From Phyllobates terribilis (lineage: Eukaryota): a DNA stretch of 64,000 bases. A program made the position numbers and the translations under genes. The notes below the pieces were generated by a model. That model saw nothing but the letters and a program-made list of their open reading frames with translations, did no database searches and was not told where the DNA came from. This document shows, piece by piece, positions 36,787 to 49,939 of the stretch (positions are counted from its first letter, which is position 1; every line of letters starts with the position of its first letter). Where the stretch lies: positions 14,632,001 to 14,696,000 of the forward strand of contig NW_027362786.1 in NCBI RefSeq assembly GCF_046119375.1, read 5' to 3'.

Positions 36787-36935
36787 AGGGGTATTCCTAT
36801 CTCCAAGATCCTATCCCAATATGTAGTAGGTGTAATAATAATATTAGAAAATACCTCCAATTAGAAATGTAGTATAGTATTTTTGATTCGCTATGTCTCT
36901 TTCCTCATGTGCAGACATTGCAGGACCTTAGGTAT
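36787..36935. mobile_element. T2/Kolobok-type MITE end fragment
   Basis: TTAA followed by AGGGGTATTCC; the other end was not found. Confidence 0.4.
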
Positions 36936-38811
36936 AGGTATATATAGGTATAATGACTTTTGTGTTCTCATTGGCTGTAATGCATAATCATCAACATTAA
37001 CAGAAATAGACACTTGAAATAGATCACTCTGTAATGACTCTACAGTATATAATATGCACCTGTATGTGCTGCAGTCTTGCCAAGGTAGTTGATCTCCAAG
37101 GCAATGAGCTGTAAACAAAAGAAAAGCGTTAATACCTAAAGTATGGCTAAAAATTTTAATAAGTGGTAAATTGCAAAGTTGCTTAAACCTCTTCCCGACC
37201 TTGGACGTACCCAGTATGTCATGGTTGGTAAGTATGTCATGGCTAAATACGGTACCACGACCGCAGAATTACTATCAGTAGGCTTCCTATAAGTTGTACT
37301 GATTACTGTGTATGTATCTACTTCTCCTATCAATGTTATATCCAAAAAGTTGATGATTCTGAGAGTCAAAGAAAAGGTAAAAGTGAAATTAAATTCATTA
37401 TTATTGATGTATGCTGCAAAATTGATTGCTTCTTCTTCCGAACCTTTCCCAATCAGTATCAAATCATCTATATAATGCCCATAAAAATAATTTATACTAG
37501 AAAATGGATTATTGTTATTGAACAGAAATTCCTGTTCCTAAACAAACCAAGTTTGCTAAAGAAGGGGAGAACTTCCCCCCATACTTACTCCCTGTTTCTG
37601 TAAATAAAAATTGTCATCACATGAAAATAATTGAAGCTTAATAAAAAAGAAACCGGTAGTACTGAAGATTGTTGTATTGTTTCTATGTAAGTACTTCTGT
37701 ATATTTTTTTAGAAAAAATTCCAAACAATATAAAGTCACTTTGTGGGAAATTGAGGGATAAAAACTGACCACATCACAACCTAGCCATCTAAAGGAGGGA
37801 TACCAATGGTAATTCTGGAGAGTTGCAAGTAACACTTTGTTATCTTTGATATGTCCTGGCAATGGTTGTAAGTAGTGGTCCACTCAGTCACCCAATTTCT
37901 CTCCCAGAGAGCCTGTACCCGAGATGATTGGTCTGAAAAGGGGAGGATCCCCATTATCCCTCGATTCCCCACAAAATGGCTTTAAATTGTTTGTATTTTT
38001 TTCTAAAAAAAATAAAGTACTTACACAGAAACAATACAACAATTTTCAGTACTACTGGTTTATTTTTTATTAAGCCACAATTATTTTTCATTTGACAGGT
38101 TATTTATTTTTAAAAGAAACAGGGAGTAAGTATGGGGGGGGAAGTTCTCCCCTTCTTTAGCAAACTTGGTTTGTTTGGGAAGAAGAATTTCTGTTCAATG
38201 ACAATAATCCATTTTCTAGTATAAATTATTTTTATGGGCATTATATAGATCATTTGATACTGATTGGGAAAGGTTCGGAAGAAGAAGCAATCAATTTTGC
38301 AGCATACATCAATAATAATGAATTTAATTTCACTTTTACCTTTTCTTTGACTCTCAGAATCATCAACTATTTGGATATAACATTGATAGGAGATGTAGAT
38401 ACATACACAGTAATCAGTACAACTTATAGGAAGCCTACTGATAGTAATTCAGTTTTGCAAGCACAATCATGCCATTTGCCACATATAATCAAAAACATCC
38501 CAGTGGGGGAACTAATGTGAATGAAAAGAAACTGTTACTCCAAAAATAGCTTTGACAAAGAAGCAGCTGCGGTCCATACCTGATTAAAACAGAGGGGTTT
38601 TCCAGACTGGACCTTACAACAGGCAGAAACTATAGTAGGCAACACTAGTAGGAATAATTTATTACTTGATCATCATAAACAATCTCTGACCAAAATAAAC
38701 AATCAATGCATTACTTTTTCAACCCAATACAGCCCCAAGTAGCAGAAAATTGTTGGTATCATCAAGAAATATCTCCCAATTCTCAATCAGGATCCTAAGC
38801 TATCCAATATC

Positions 38812-39345
38812 ATGCAGAATTTTGATGTGACATTCGTGGCTAAAAAGGCTCCCACCTTAGGCAGTATTCTATCACCTAGCCTTTTTCAAACCAGTATTAA
38901 ACAAAAACCTACTTGGCTTTCGTTGAAAGGTTTTTATAAGTGTGGACACACTCATTGTAAATCATGCAGTCATGCGAATATTAATACTACATTTAGTTCT
39001 AATATTAATAAACAGCAATATGCTATACATAGTTTTATTAATTGTAATACTACGCGGGTTATATACCTTATAGAATGTGCAGAATATCAAATTCAGTATG
39101 TGGGATGTACATCAGGCCCTCTAAAAAAACGCATTCGCAGACATCTTTCTAATGTGGTCAGCCCCACAGCAATAAACATTTCAGCTGTGTCCAACCGCTT
39201 TTGCGATAAACACAATGGTGATACAAAATACATTAAATTTATGGGTATTGAAAAAGTTTTTAAACCTTTTAGAGGAGGTGGTTTAAGAAGGAAAATTCTA
39301 AATAGGGAGTCATTCTACATCTTTATGGTACAGACCAGAGTTTAA
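38812..39345 (+). CDS. Zn-linker plus GIY-YIG endonuclease portion of the PLE ORF (upstream RT part has stops)
   Basis: KCGHTHCKSC...CNTTRVIYLIEC..QYVGCTSGPLKKRIRRH...RES. Confidence 0.88.
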   Translation: MQNFDVTFVAKKAPTLGSILSPSLFQTSIKQKPTWLSLKGFYKCGHTHCKSCSHANINTTFSSNINKQQYAIHSFINCNTTRVIYLIECAEYQIQYVGCTSGPLKKRIRRHLSNVVSPTAINISAVSNRFCDKHNGDTKYIKFMGIEKVFKPFRGGGLRRKILNRESFYIFMVQTRV

Positions 39346-39595
39346 ATGTGAGACAGGATTTGATCTTGCAATACAATTGATCCAATTGTCAGTATGTTTT
39401 ATATGTATCATGGTATTTTCTACCAAAATGTATTTTAATGTGTTGTATCATTCTGTTTTTCATTTGTTTTTCTATTTCACACAATGTTCCCACATAGGAT
39501 TAATGAGGATCTCCGAGCTGGTAATCAAACTGGTGTTTTTGTGATCAAGTAGGAGGGAACTATTATTACTATAAGAGTAACGCAGATGCCTGTCA

Positions 39596-39644
39596 GGTTA
39601 GATCATGACTAAGGCTCTCTAAGCCGAAACGCGTTGATCCAGCC
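39596..39644 (+). ncRNA. Minimal type I hammerhead ribozyme (PLE type), A3:U8 core variant
   Basis: Helix I GGTTaGATC/GATCcAGCC; core ATGACTA; extra A; helix II GGCT/AGCC; GAAA; palindromic ACGCGT; GUU cleavage triplet. Confidence 0.75.
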
Positions 39645-39779
39645 AGGGGCCACTGTGTGCTTTGCTTGGTTTGTTTGTTTTTTAATTGATGAATAAAATT
39701 GATCTTTTACTTACCTTTCATCGCTGGAGAATTTCCTCTTTCTATTTTTTCTCCCCCGCCCCCCTTTGCACCACCTCAG

Positions 39780-40985
39780 TGTGTGCATCCTACAACCGCC
39801 GAGTTGCTGATCAGACTCACTGATTAGCGTCCGTGCTCGCTTTTGGCAAGGACTTTTATTTTTATTCCTGTCTATTCTTTTTTTTATCCTTTTTTTGCAC
39901 CACATTCATGCATGCGTCCTACAGCCGTCGAGCGCTGACGTTCATCAGTGATTGGCCTCCAGTTGTTGTTTTTTTGCATGAAAAACTAATTAATAAATAA
40001 TCATTTAGACTACTTGATAGGACTAGATTAGGAACAGTAAAAATATTATATCTTTTTTACGGGATATAATCGGGGTTAGTGTCAGATAGTTGCGGGCACT
40101 CAGTAATTTTTTTTTTGCTGATGTCCGTTTAGTAAGTTTGTTTTTTATTTTACCAAATTTTTTATATATTTTTTTTATCTTTTTCTTTCTAGATTATTTT
40201 TTTTCTCCTCTTAATAAAAAAAAAGTTTACACCAAACACTCACACACACACACAGAAACACTGTATATGTGAAAAAATGTCATCCCGCTCGTCCCAAACA
40301 AAGTATTCAGCAGAGGAGGCATATGCTTTCCTTGCCTCCTACACTGATGGTGAGGAAGAGGATGCCACTTTCCTTTATTTTTCATCCTCCTCCTCAAGTG
40401 ATACTGAACCGCCACGCAGACGCCTCAGGAGAAAAAAAATGAACCAGCACCCATCGTCACTGACCCTGTATGGACCTCAACACCCCCACCCCTCTCCCCC
40501 ACCAAAATTATGAGCCACAGATTCCTAATTTTGTGGCACAATCGGGAATCGAACTTGACACCACTGGCCTTACAAAAATAGACTTTTTCAAAGTCTTTTT
40601 CTCTGAGGATTTTGTGAACCTTATGGTGGCCGAAACAAATTTGTACACCCAGCAATTTTTGGCCCAAAACACCACAACTTCATTTTCTAACAGGACCCCT
40701 GTAAACGCACGGTGTCCTCCCTGAGATTACCCCAATTTTGACAGTCTTTTCAAAGTTTGGCCGGTCATTGAGCACTTCAACAACAATTTTGCTAAGGTGT
40801 ACGTCCCCCCAAAGGGACATCTGCATGGATGAGTCCCTAATATATTTCAAGGAGAGGCTCAGATTCTGACAGTATCTGCCCAGGAAGAGGGTCAGGTACA
40901 GAATTATGCTCTACAAACTGTGCTAGAATACCTCCGGGTACACCCACAGGTTTAGCGTTTAGGAAGGGAAGGAAGGGTACATAAA
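39780..40985 (+). mobile_element. Degenerate piggyBac relic related to 46403-51376
   Basis: MSSRSSQTKYSAEEAYAFLAS..., IDFFKVFFSEDFVNLMVAETNLY, DICMDESL, with deletions and stops; termini not identified. Confidence 0.8.
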
Positions 40986-42584
40986 CTGTAAAGAAAGGAC
41001 TCAAAGGGCCAGATTCAACAAAGTATTCTGGCATATAAAGCATTAAAAATTTGCATTATTTTGTTACAACTCAAGGCTGCACTAAAATATTGCAACGTTT
41101 TGCATTCTCTGCCATTTTCGCCTGGGCCGGGACAGGTGCGTGCCGACCACTGCTTGTCAAGTTCAGGATTCATTTGCTACATCACAAATCTTATTCTAGC
41201 AGGAACTGAAGTAGGATTTGTGGCGAGGCACACACAGTGGTGCGCGCCACTTGTCCAAAGTTCCTGGCATACACCTCTTCATGAATCAGAAGCATCTGAT
41301 TCCAACTCATCTCATCGAGAGCAGCATGAACAACACCAGTCTTGATTAATATGGCCAGTGGACTCTACTGTATTGATGGCTATACTCAGTGGCAGGCTGG
41401 GCCATGGGGCAGAGAGGCATATGCCCCCCGGGCCAGTCACTAAGCAGCTGATTAAGGCCGCTGGTGGACTGGTGCTGTTGTATATGTGCAGGCCGGCCGC
41501 ATCACAGTGAAGCAAACATGCCCACTGCATCCTGTGTGTGGCCATCTGCTGAAGTAGAGGAAGCATGGCTGCATCTTCTTACTGCCAGAGAGGAGCCTGT
41601 GGGCGGGACAGACAGGAGGCATCTGTAATTACAAGAGTATGAGCTTCAGCTCTCTGTGTGGTGAGGAGATGGCTAGCGATGAGCGAACTTGCTCGCCACT
41701 GCTCAGTACTCGCCTGAGCATCACGGTGCTCGACAAGCTCGGCGAATATTTCCGTGTTGCTCGGGCGGGAACTCTGGTCCCCACCCTGCATGTTTGGCGC
41801 TCTTTAGAACATGCAATGATTGCTTATCATTCACTGTAATGCCGTAGCCATGTTGGTTGTGGGCATTACAGTGATTGGCTGGCCGCACAGCATCATCAGG
41901 TCTATATAAGATCTGGCGCCACTATGCTCATCACAGTCTACCCTGGAACCAGGCAGAGTAGGGAGAGCTGCTGCTGAGTCAGGGAGAGATTTGCTTGTTT
42001 ATAGTTAGTAAAAGTATTACACAGCATATCTATATATCCATCTGAACTAACAGTCCTTCTGAGAACTAACCAGCAGCATATATTCAGTGGTGATAGCAGT
42101 AGTTAGTCAGGCAGACAGTGTATGTGGCAGACTGCAGTGCATATAGTGTAAGAGGGTCCATAGCACGAACATGCTGTTCTCTTATTGTTCTGATATTTGT
42201 AAACATAACCCCATATATCAGGGGTCAGGGCAATTTTTTTTTTTTTTTATCTTAATCCTGGTTATTTGCTTAAAGCAATCCAGAGTACACAATTTTTCTG
42301 CTCCATTTGCTTGTTAGCAGTGTATAATTCAGCCAGATCTGTTCCATAGATCAGCGATAAAAATCCAGAAATTTGAACTGAACGTGGAAGATATTGGCCT
42401 CCTTTACCATTCTGTTGCAGTGTGTCGGTCAAGCTATTCACACTAGGTCTCTGTGAAGAATAGTATTAGTACATTACAGGCCTGCTATTTAAAACCGTGG
42501 TTCTCTGTCAGATTTATCATATATAAGTGTATTCCAAAATCAGCCATTTCTCGTGAACGTGGAAAATATTGTCCTCAATTTAAA

Positions 42585-45500
42585 ATGGGCAAGGTGCGTG
42601 GCAAGGGACGGGGAAGTGGATGTGATGGTGATGGTGCATGCAGAGGCTGAGGATGTGGCCACGGGGAAGCTGAAATTGTGCCACAACAAACACCCACATC
42701 TTTTCGCTCGACCTTCCTGTCCCAATTACTAGGGGACCACAGCACACCACTATTGAACCCAGAGCAGTGTCAAAAGGTTGTTGGTTGGATAGCAGATAAT
42801 GCTTAGAGTCACCAACACCACCCTGTCTTCCACATGGTCAAGTCTCAGTAGCCGTGAGTCTGGACCGCATATTCCTCACCCTGATCCTCCTTTCTCCTAC
42901 CATGCCGAGTGCCCGGAGATCTTGGATTTCACACTTGGACACTCAAAAGAGCTGTTCACGTTTCCATTTGTAAATTCGGGCCTTTTGCTCGGCCAGCTTC
43001 AAGTGAGTCAAGAGGAGAACATGTGTAGTGATGCCCAAATATTTGAGAAGCCACGGTGACACAAAGGCGACGGTGGAAAAGTGCAATTACTGTCGCAAGA
43101 GGTGGATGATGATGGTGAGACACAATTGCCAGAAAGTCAGGAGGAGGACCAGGGTAACTGACCCAACCTGGCAGGGGGACATGCAGAGCGAGGACAGCAG
43201 AACACAAGGGGAGGGAGGCGTAGCACCACAACAGGCAGGAAGAAGCAGTGTTTGTGGCCGCAGACACAAGGCGGGAAAGCGTTCCCCGTAATGCCAACAC
43301 AACGGAAGTTGCCAGTACAACTGTTAGGTCTTCCCAAGTCTGGTTCTTTTTTAAAAACTCTGCAGATAACCCCAAAAAGGCCATTTGCACCACCTGCCAG
43401 GCCAGCATCAGCAGGGGTAGCAAAACTAACAGCCTGACCACCACCAGCATGATCAGGCACATGGCAGCAAAGCACCCGACTAAGTGGGACGAACCCCAGA
43501 GTCCAAAAACAGTGTCTGCGGGTGACACCACTGCTTCTTCCACTGTTGTACGTGCATGCCAATCCCCTGTCCATGGCACATGCTAAAATGCCTCCCGCCC
43601 TGCACCTGTCGTTGCACACTCTCAACTAGCACCATCAGCAGCACGTCCACATCCTTGTCCCACCATAGCGTTCAGTTGTCCCTACCCCAGTCCTTGGAAC
43701 GCAAGCGCAAACACGCAGCCAACGTACCACAGGCCATACTACTAAATTCACACATTTCGCGAATGCTTGCACTTGAACTGTTGCCTTTTAGGCTCGTGGA
43801 GACGGAAGCTTTCCGAAACCTAATGGCGGTGGCTGTCCCTCGGTATTCAATCCCTAGCCGCCACTATTTCTCCTGGTGTGCCGTCCCCACATTACACGAG
43901 CACGTGTCCACAACATTAACTGTGCCCTCAATAACGCAGTTACTGGGAAAGTCCATCTAACCTCGGACAGGTGGATAAGTGCTTGTGGGCAGGGACGGTA
44001 GATCTCGCTGACTGCACACTGGGTTAATACAGTGGAAGCCGGGACCCAGTTGGACCTTGGGATGGAACACGACCTCCCGACGCCGAGGATTGCGGGCCCT
44101 GGGTCAATCAGGATTGCCCCCACATTCTACAGCTTCTGCACCTCCTCCTCCTCTTCAGCTTCCATCTCCAAAATTACCACATATGTCGCAAGCTGGAAGC
44201 ACTGCAGCACTGCCACGGCCAAATGGCAACAGGCTGTGCTGAAGCTAATAAGCTTAGGTGACAAACCGCACAAGGCTGAAGAGTTGTGGACAGCTCTGAA
44301 AGAGCAGGCAGATCTGTGGCTGACACCGCTGATCCTACAGCCAGGCATGGTCATGTGTGACAATGGCTGGAACCTGGTGGCGGCTCTGAGGCAAGGTGAG
44401 CTCACACAAGTACCAAGTACAAGTAAGCTTGTGGGCAGGGACTATGCATCTCGCTGATGGCACACTGGGTTAATATAGTGGAAGCCAGGATCCAGTCAGA
44501 CCTTGGGACAGAACACGTCCTCCTGACGCAGAGGATTGTGGGCCCTGGGTCAATCAGGGATGCCCCCACATTCTACATCTCCTGCACCTCCTTCTCTTCA
44601 TCATCCATCTCCAAAATGGCCACATCAGTCAAAAGCAGGAAGCACTGCAGCACTGCCTCAGCCAAGCGGCAACAGGCTGTGCTGAAGCTAATATGCTTAG
44701 GTGACAAAACCCACAACGCTGAAGAGTTGTGGACAGCTCTGAAAGAGCAGACAGATCTATGGCTGACACCGCTAACCCTACAGCCAGGCATGGCCAGAAC
44801 CTGGTGGCAGCTCAGAAGCGAGGTGAGCTCACACACGTACCATACCTGACACATGTGCTTAACCTCGTGGTCAAGCATCAACAGCATCAACAAGGCCATC
44901 GGTATTCAGGTCAGACTCCACATATAAGACCTCAGGAGTGGACATGGATGTCAGACATCTGTACCATCCTCCAAAACTTTGAGGACTGCACCAAGATGGT
45001 GAGCGGCGATGATGCCATAATTAGCATCACCATCCTGCTTCTCTGTCTTCTGAAGCGCTCTCTGCTCACAATTAAAGAGGATGCATTGCAGGCAGAACAC
45101 GATGAGATGGAGCAAGGAACCATACAGGGTGATTCCACACAGCCCAGCCTAATCTCATCCAATCGTGGATTGGGTGAAAATGAGGAGGAGGAAGAACAGG
45201 AGCTAGTTTCCTGCACTATTGTTCAGCGTGGATGGGCTGAGGACAGGGAGGAGGAAGATGAGGAGGAGAGCATGGTCAGTCGTCCTCTTGGTGAGGACAT
45301 GGAAGTCTTTCCTGTTAGCAGTCAGGCACACATGGCTGAGTTTATGTTACGCTGCCTTTCCCGTGACCCTCGTGTTGTCCAAATTTTGGGTGACAGACAT
45401 TACTGGTTGGTGACACTTCTAGACCCACGCAACAAGGAGAACTTTTTGTGTCTTACTCCCATGCCGGACAGGCCTAATAAAATGGGGCAGTATCAGAATG

Positions 45501-46022
45501 GCCTTGTTGCGGAATTATTTAAAAAATTCCCATCGGAAAACGCTGGTGGCAGAGGTCACAGTTCAATTGACAACCAAGGAGTACAGGCGACAGACAAAAA
45601 TGCAATCCAGCAGAGGAAGGGGAACGCTGTCAAAGTTCTAGGACAGTTTACTCAGACCCTACCATTGCACAGGCCCTGAGGCGCGGGGTACTCTCACAAG
45701 GAGGGAAACGTGTCGGAAGATGGTGAGGGAGTACCTTGTTGACCGTACCAACGTCCTCCGTGATTCCTCTGCGCCTTATAATTATTGGGTATCCAAGCTG
45801 GACACGTGGCATGAAGTGGCTCTCTACGCCTTGGAGGTCCTGGCCTGCCCTGCTGCTAGCGTTTTGCCATAGCAGGTTTTTAGTGCCGCTAGGGGAATTA
45901 TAACCGATAGGCGCATCTGCCTGTCAACTGAAAATGCTGACAGGCTGACTCATATAAAAATGAACAAGGGCTGAATTGGGTCAGGCTTCTCAACACCACC
46001 GAATGATAGCAGCGTAACATAA
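42585..46022 (+). pseudogene. hAT transposase, heavily disrupted, with internal duplication
   Basis: BED finger VWFFF..CTTC..RH...H, LELLPFRLVE, CDNG, ACPAASV..QVFSAA..RLTHIKMN; many stops and frameshifts. Confidence 0.9.
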
Positions 46023-48201
46023 ACTGAAATACAGTGTCTTTTTTTGGGGAGGTCTAACTCTATTCCCATGCACCTCTGTCTTCACACCCACATATGGGTA
46101 TACGCTTCCTGATTTTGTCTATTTGCTCTTGTCCTCCTCCTTCTCCTCATCTTCCACCACCATATCACCACCATATCTATGTGTAAGAGACATTAGAGTT
46201 ACTCCAAATTTTGGGCAGCCGTTGCATTCACTGCATAGGCAAACAGTATGGGAGACTCACTTCCTAATAATGGGAACATTGTTTTCAGGAGGCCCTCCGA
46301 CCTCTTCGTCTCTTGCAAGGGACATTGGAGTTCCTCCAAATTTTTGGCAAACGTTGCATTCACTGCATAGGCAAACAGTATGGGAGACCCACTCCTTTTT
46401 AACCCCTTTACCCCCGAGGGTGGTTTGCTCATTAATGACCAGGCCAATTTTTACGATTCTGACCACTGTCATTTTATGAGGTAATTACTCTGGAACGCTT
46501 CAACGGATCCCCCTGATTCTGAGACTGTTTTTTCATGACATATTGTGCTTCATGATTGTGGTAAAATTTCTTCAATATCACTTGCGTTTATTTGTGAAAA
46601 AAATGGAAATTTGGCGAAAATTTTGAAAATTTTGCAATTTTCAAAATTTGATTTTTTTATGCCTTTAAATCAGAGAGATATGTCACACAAAATAGTTAAT
46701 AAATAACATTTCCCACATGTCTACTTTACATCAGCACAATCATGGAACCAAATTTTTTTTTTGTTAGGGAGCTATAATGGTTAAAAGTTGACCAGCAATT
46801 TCTCATTTTTCCAACAAAATTTGCAAAACCATTTTTTTAGGGACCACATCACATTTGAAGTCACTTTGAGAGGTCTTTATGACAGAAAATACCCAAAAGT
46901 GACACCATTCTAAAAACTGCACCCCTCAAGGTGCTCAAAACCACATTGAAGACGTTTATTAACCCTTCAGGTGCTTCACAGGAATTTTTGGACTGTGGAA
47001 GAAAAAAATTAACATTTAACTTTTTTTCACAAAAATGTTACTTTAGACCCATTTTTTTTTATTTTCGCAGGGGTTACCAGAAAAAATGGACTCCAAAATT
47101 TGTTGTGCAATTTCCCCTGGGCACGCAGATACCCCATATGTGGGGAAAAAACACTGTTTGGGCGCACGGCAGGGCTCTGAAGGGAAGGATCGCCATTTGA
47201 CTTTTTGATTGTTTAATTTGCTTGAATAATTAGCGGACGCCATGTTGCGTTTAGAGAGCCCCTGTGTGCCTAAACATTGGAGCTCCCCCACAAGTGACCC
47301 CATTTTGGAAACTAGACCCCCCAAGGCACCTATCTAGATGCATATTGAGCACTTGGAACCCCCAGGTGCTTCACAAATTGATTTGTAAAAATGAAAAAGT
47401 GGAAAAAAACCACTTTATATTTTTACGGATTAATTTGTGAAGCACCTGGGGGTTCCAAGTGCTCACTATGCATCTAGATAGGTGCCTTGGGGGGTCTAGT
47501 TTCCAAAATGGGGTCACTTTTGGGGGAGCTCTAATGTTTAGGCACGCAGGGGCTCTCCAAACTCGACATGGTTCCAATTTGTTAGCGGACACCATGTCGC
47601 GTTTGGAGAGCCCCTGTGTGCCTAAACATTGAAGCTCCCCCATAAGTGACCCCATTTTGGAAACTAGACCCCCCTCAGGGAACTTATCTAGATGTGTGGT
47701 GAGCACTTTGAACCCTCAACTGTTTTGCAAAGGTTTATGACGTAGAGCCGTGAAAAAAAAAAATTTTTTTTTCCACAAAAACGCTTTTTAGCCGCAATAT
47801 TTTTATTTTCACGAGGGTACTAGGATAAATTGGACCCCAAAAGTTGTTGTTCAATTTCTCCTGAGTACGCTGATACCCCATGTGTTGGAGAAAACTACTG
47901 TTTGGGCGCATGTCAGGGCTCGGAAGGTAAGGAGTGACACTTTGGAATGCAGACTTTGATGGAATGGTCTGCGGGCGTCATGTCACGTTCTCAGAGCCCC
48001 TGATGTGCCTAAACAGTGGAAATGCCCAACAAGTGCCCCCTTTTTGGAACGGATACCTGATTTGTCAATTTTATAATGTAGTGTTATACGCCAGTTGTGT
48101 AGGACAACCTGACAAACACTACACAACTGAAGTATGACAACCTGACGAACACTACGTAAGCTGTGTAGTGTTAGTCAGGTTGTCATACGTCAGAAATTAA
48201 T

Positions 48202-49939
48202 TCAATAGTCCATGGAAGTATGGTACCTTTTGAAGCAGTCTTTCATGCAGAGGCCAGGTTTGTCGGGGCAGGTGTCACATTGGTAAATGGTGTCCTTGCG
48301 TATTCCCCTTCGGTAACACACTCGGCACTTCTTTTGTGACTTAACTTTTTTTCCGCTGTGAGGGATCTGCCCCGGGAAATGCTGGCCCAGTACAATTCGA
48401 GGTCCTTCAATTCCAGAAGTAGTGGGGCCCGCTCCGCCACCACTGCCAAATATCAGGGCCTTGATAATTGTCTCCTGGAAGTGAAGGTACGACGCAGAAG
48501 TCTGGCCTGCACATTTTGACAGAAGGAAAGCGTTGTGCATTGCCATCTGAACAATGTGCACGGCCAGCTTCTTATACCATACCTTGGCCTTTCTCAAAGC
48601 ACTGTACGGCTGGAGGACTTGATCGGGGAGATCAACTCCCCCCATGTACTTGTTGTACCTCACTACACAGTCTGGTTTGGCGACCTGTGTAGTGGAACCT
48701 CTTACAGTGCTGAGGGTGCTGCCATCACCATGTATGGTGGTCAAGAGAAGGACATCCCTCTTGTCCTTGTACTTGACCACCAATAGGTGGTCGCTACATT
48801 GGGCTCTGCTCTCACCCCTTCTGAGCAGCTGCCCAATTAGCGTCTTTGGGATTTTTGCGGACAGTACCACAAGCTGGGGTATGTCGCGCAGAGAGGGACT
48901 TGAAGAGCGGGATACTTGTATAAAAGTTATCCACGTACAGGTGATAACCTTTATCCAGCAGTGGGTGCACCAAGTCCCACACAATTTTCCCACTCACTCC
49001 CAGAACAGGGGGGCATTCAGGGGGTTCAATCCGGGAGTCCTTCCCTTCATAAACTCTAAACTTGTGAGTGTACCCTGAGGTACTCTCACAAAGTTTATAC
49101 AGCTTGATCCCATACCTGGCCCTCTTACTGGGCAGGTACTGCCGAAATCCAAGCCGCCTCTTAAAATGAACTAGGGACTCATCCACGCAGATGTCCCTTT
49201 GTGGCACATACACTTCAGCAAACTTATTGTTGAAGTGCTCGATGACCGGCCGAACTTTGAAAAGACGATCAAATTTCGGGTCATCGCGTGCAGGACACCT
49301 TGCATTATCTTGGTAATGCAAGAACTTGTGGATGGCCTCAAAACGTGTCCGGGTCATGACCATTCAGAACACTGGAGTGTTATACAAAACGTCAACACTC
49401 CAGTATTGCCGAACCTCTGTTTTTTTCAGGATGCCCATATGAAGGACCAGGCCCCAAAACTTTATCATTTCTTCTGTGTCTACAGGAGACCAGTTAGAAA
49501 ATGATGAAGAGGGGTTTTGTTCCAAAAATTGATGAGCATACAAATTAGTTTGGCCCACCATGAGGTTTATAAAATCCTCAGAGAAAAAGACTTTGAAAAA
49601 GTCTATTTCTGTGAGGCCGGTGGTGTCAAACTTGATTCCTGATTCTGCCACGAAATCAGGAATCAGTGGCTCAAAATTTTCGGGGGGCGATGTCCATATG
49701 GGTTCAGTAGTGGGGGGCGCTGGAACATCTTCTCTCTTGCGACGACTGCGGGGAGGTCCAGCAGCACCTGAGGAGGAAGAGGAGGAAGAGGAGGAAGAAG
49801 AGGAGGAAGAGGAGGATGATGAGGCATCGGAAAAGTAAAGAAATGTGGGATCCTCGCCCTCGGTGTCAGTCTCAGTGTCGGAAGCAACAATAGCGTATGC
49901 CTCCTCCGCTGAATAGTGAGTTGGGGATGAGCCGGACAT
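48202..49939 (-). pseudogene. piggyBac transposase (PGBD4-like) with two lesions
   Basis: CVDESL, YVDNFYTS, GGVDLPDQ catalytic Asp motifs; C-terminal CRVC..CDTC..C..C..H. In-frame TGA at 49364-49366 and a frameshift near 48850. Confidence 0.93.

Larger units (their letters stand above)
37262..39720 (+). mobile_element. Penelope-like element (Neptune type), 5'-truncated with inverted duplication
   Basis: RT motifs (QKQGVSMG, YIDDLILI, INYLDITL, TYRKPT), CxxxxCxxC linker, GIY-YIG endonuclease, and a 3' pLTR with hammerhead motif and AATAAA. Confidence 0.9.

Noticed and set aside
42645-42685. CTGAGGA...GAAA as a hammerhead
   Set aside because: No helix II or NUH geometry; it lies in hAT transposase coding sequence.
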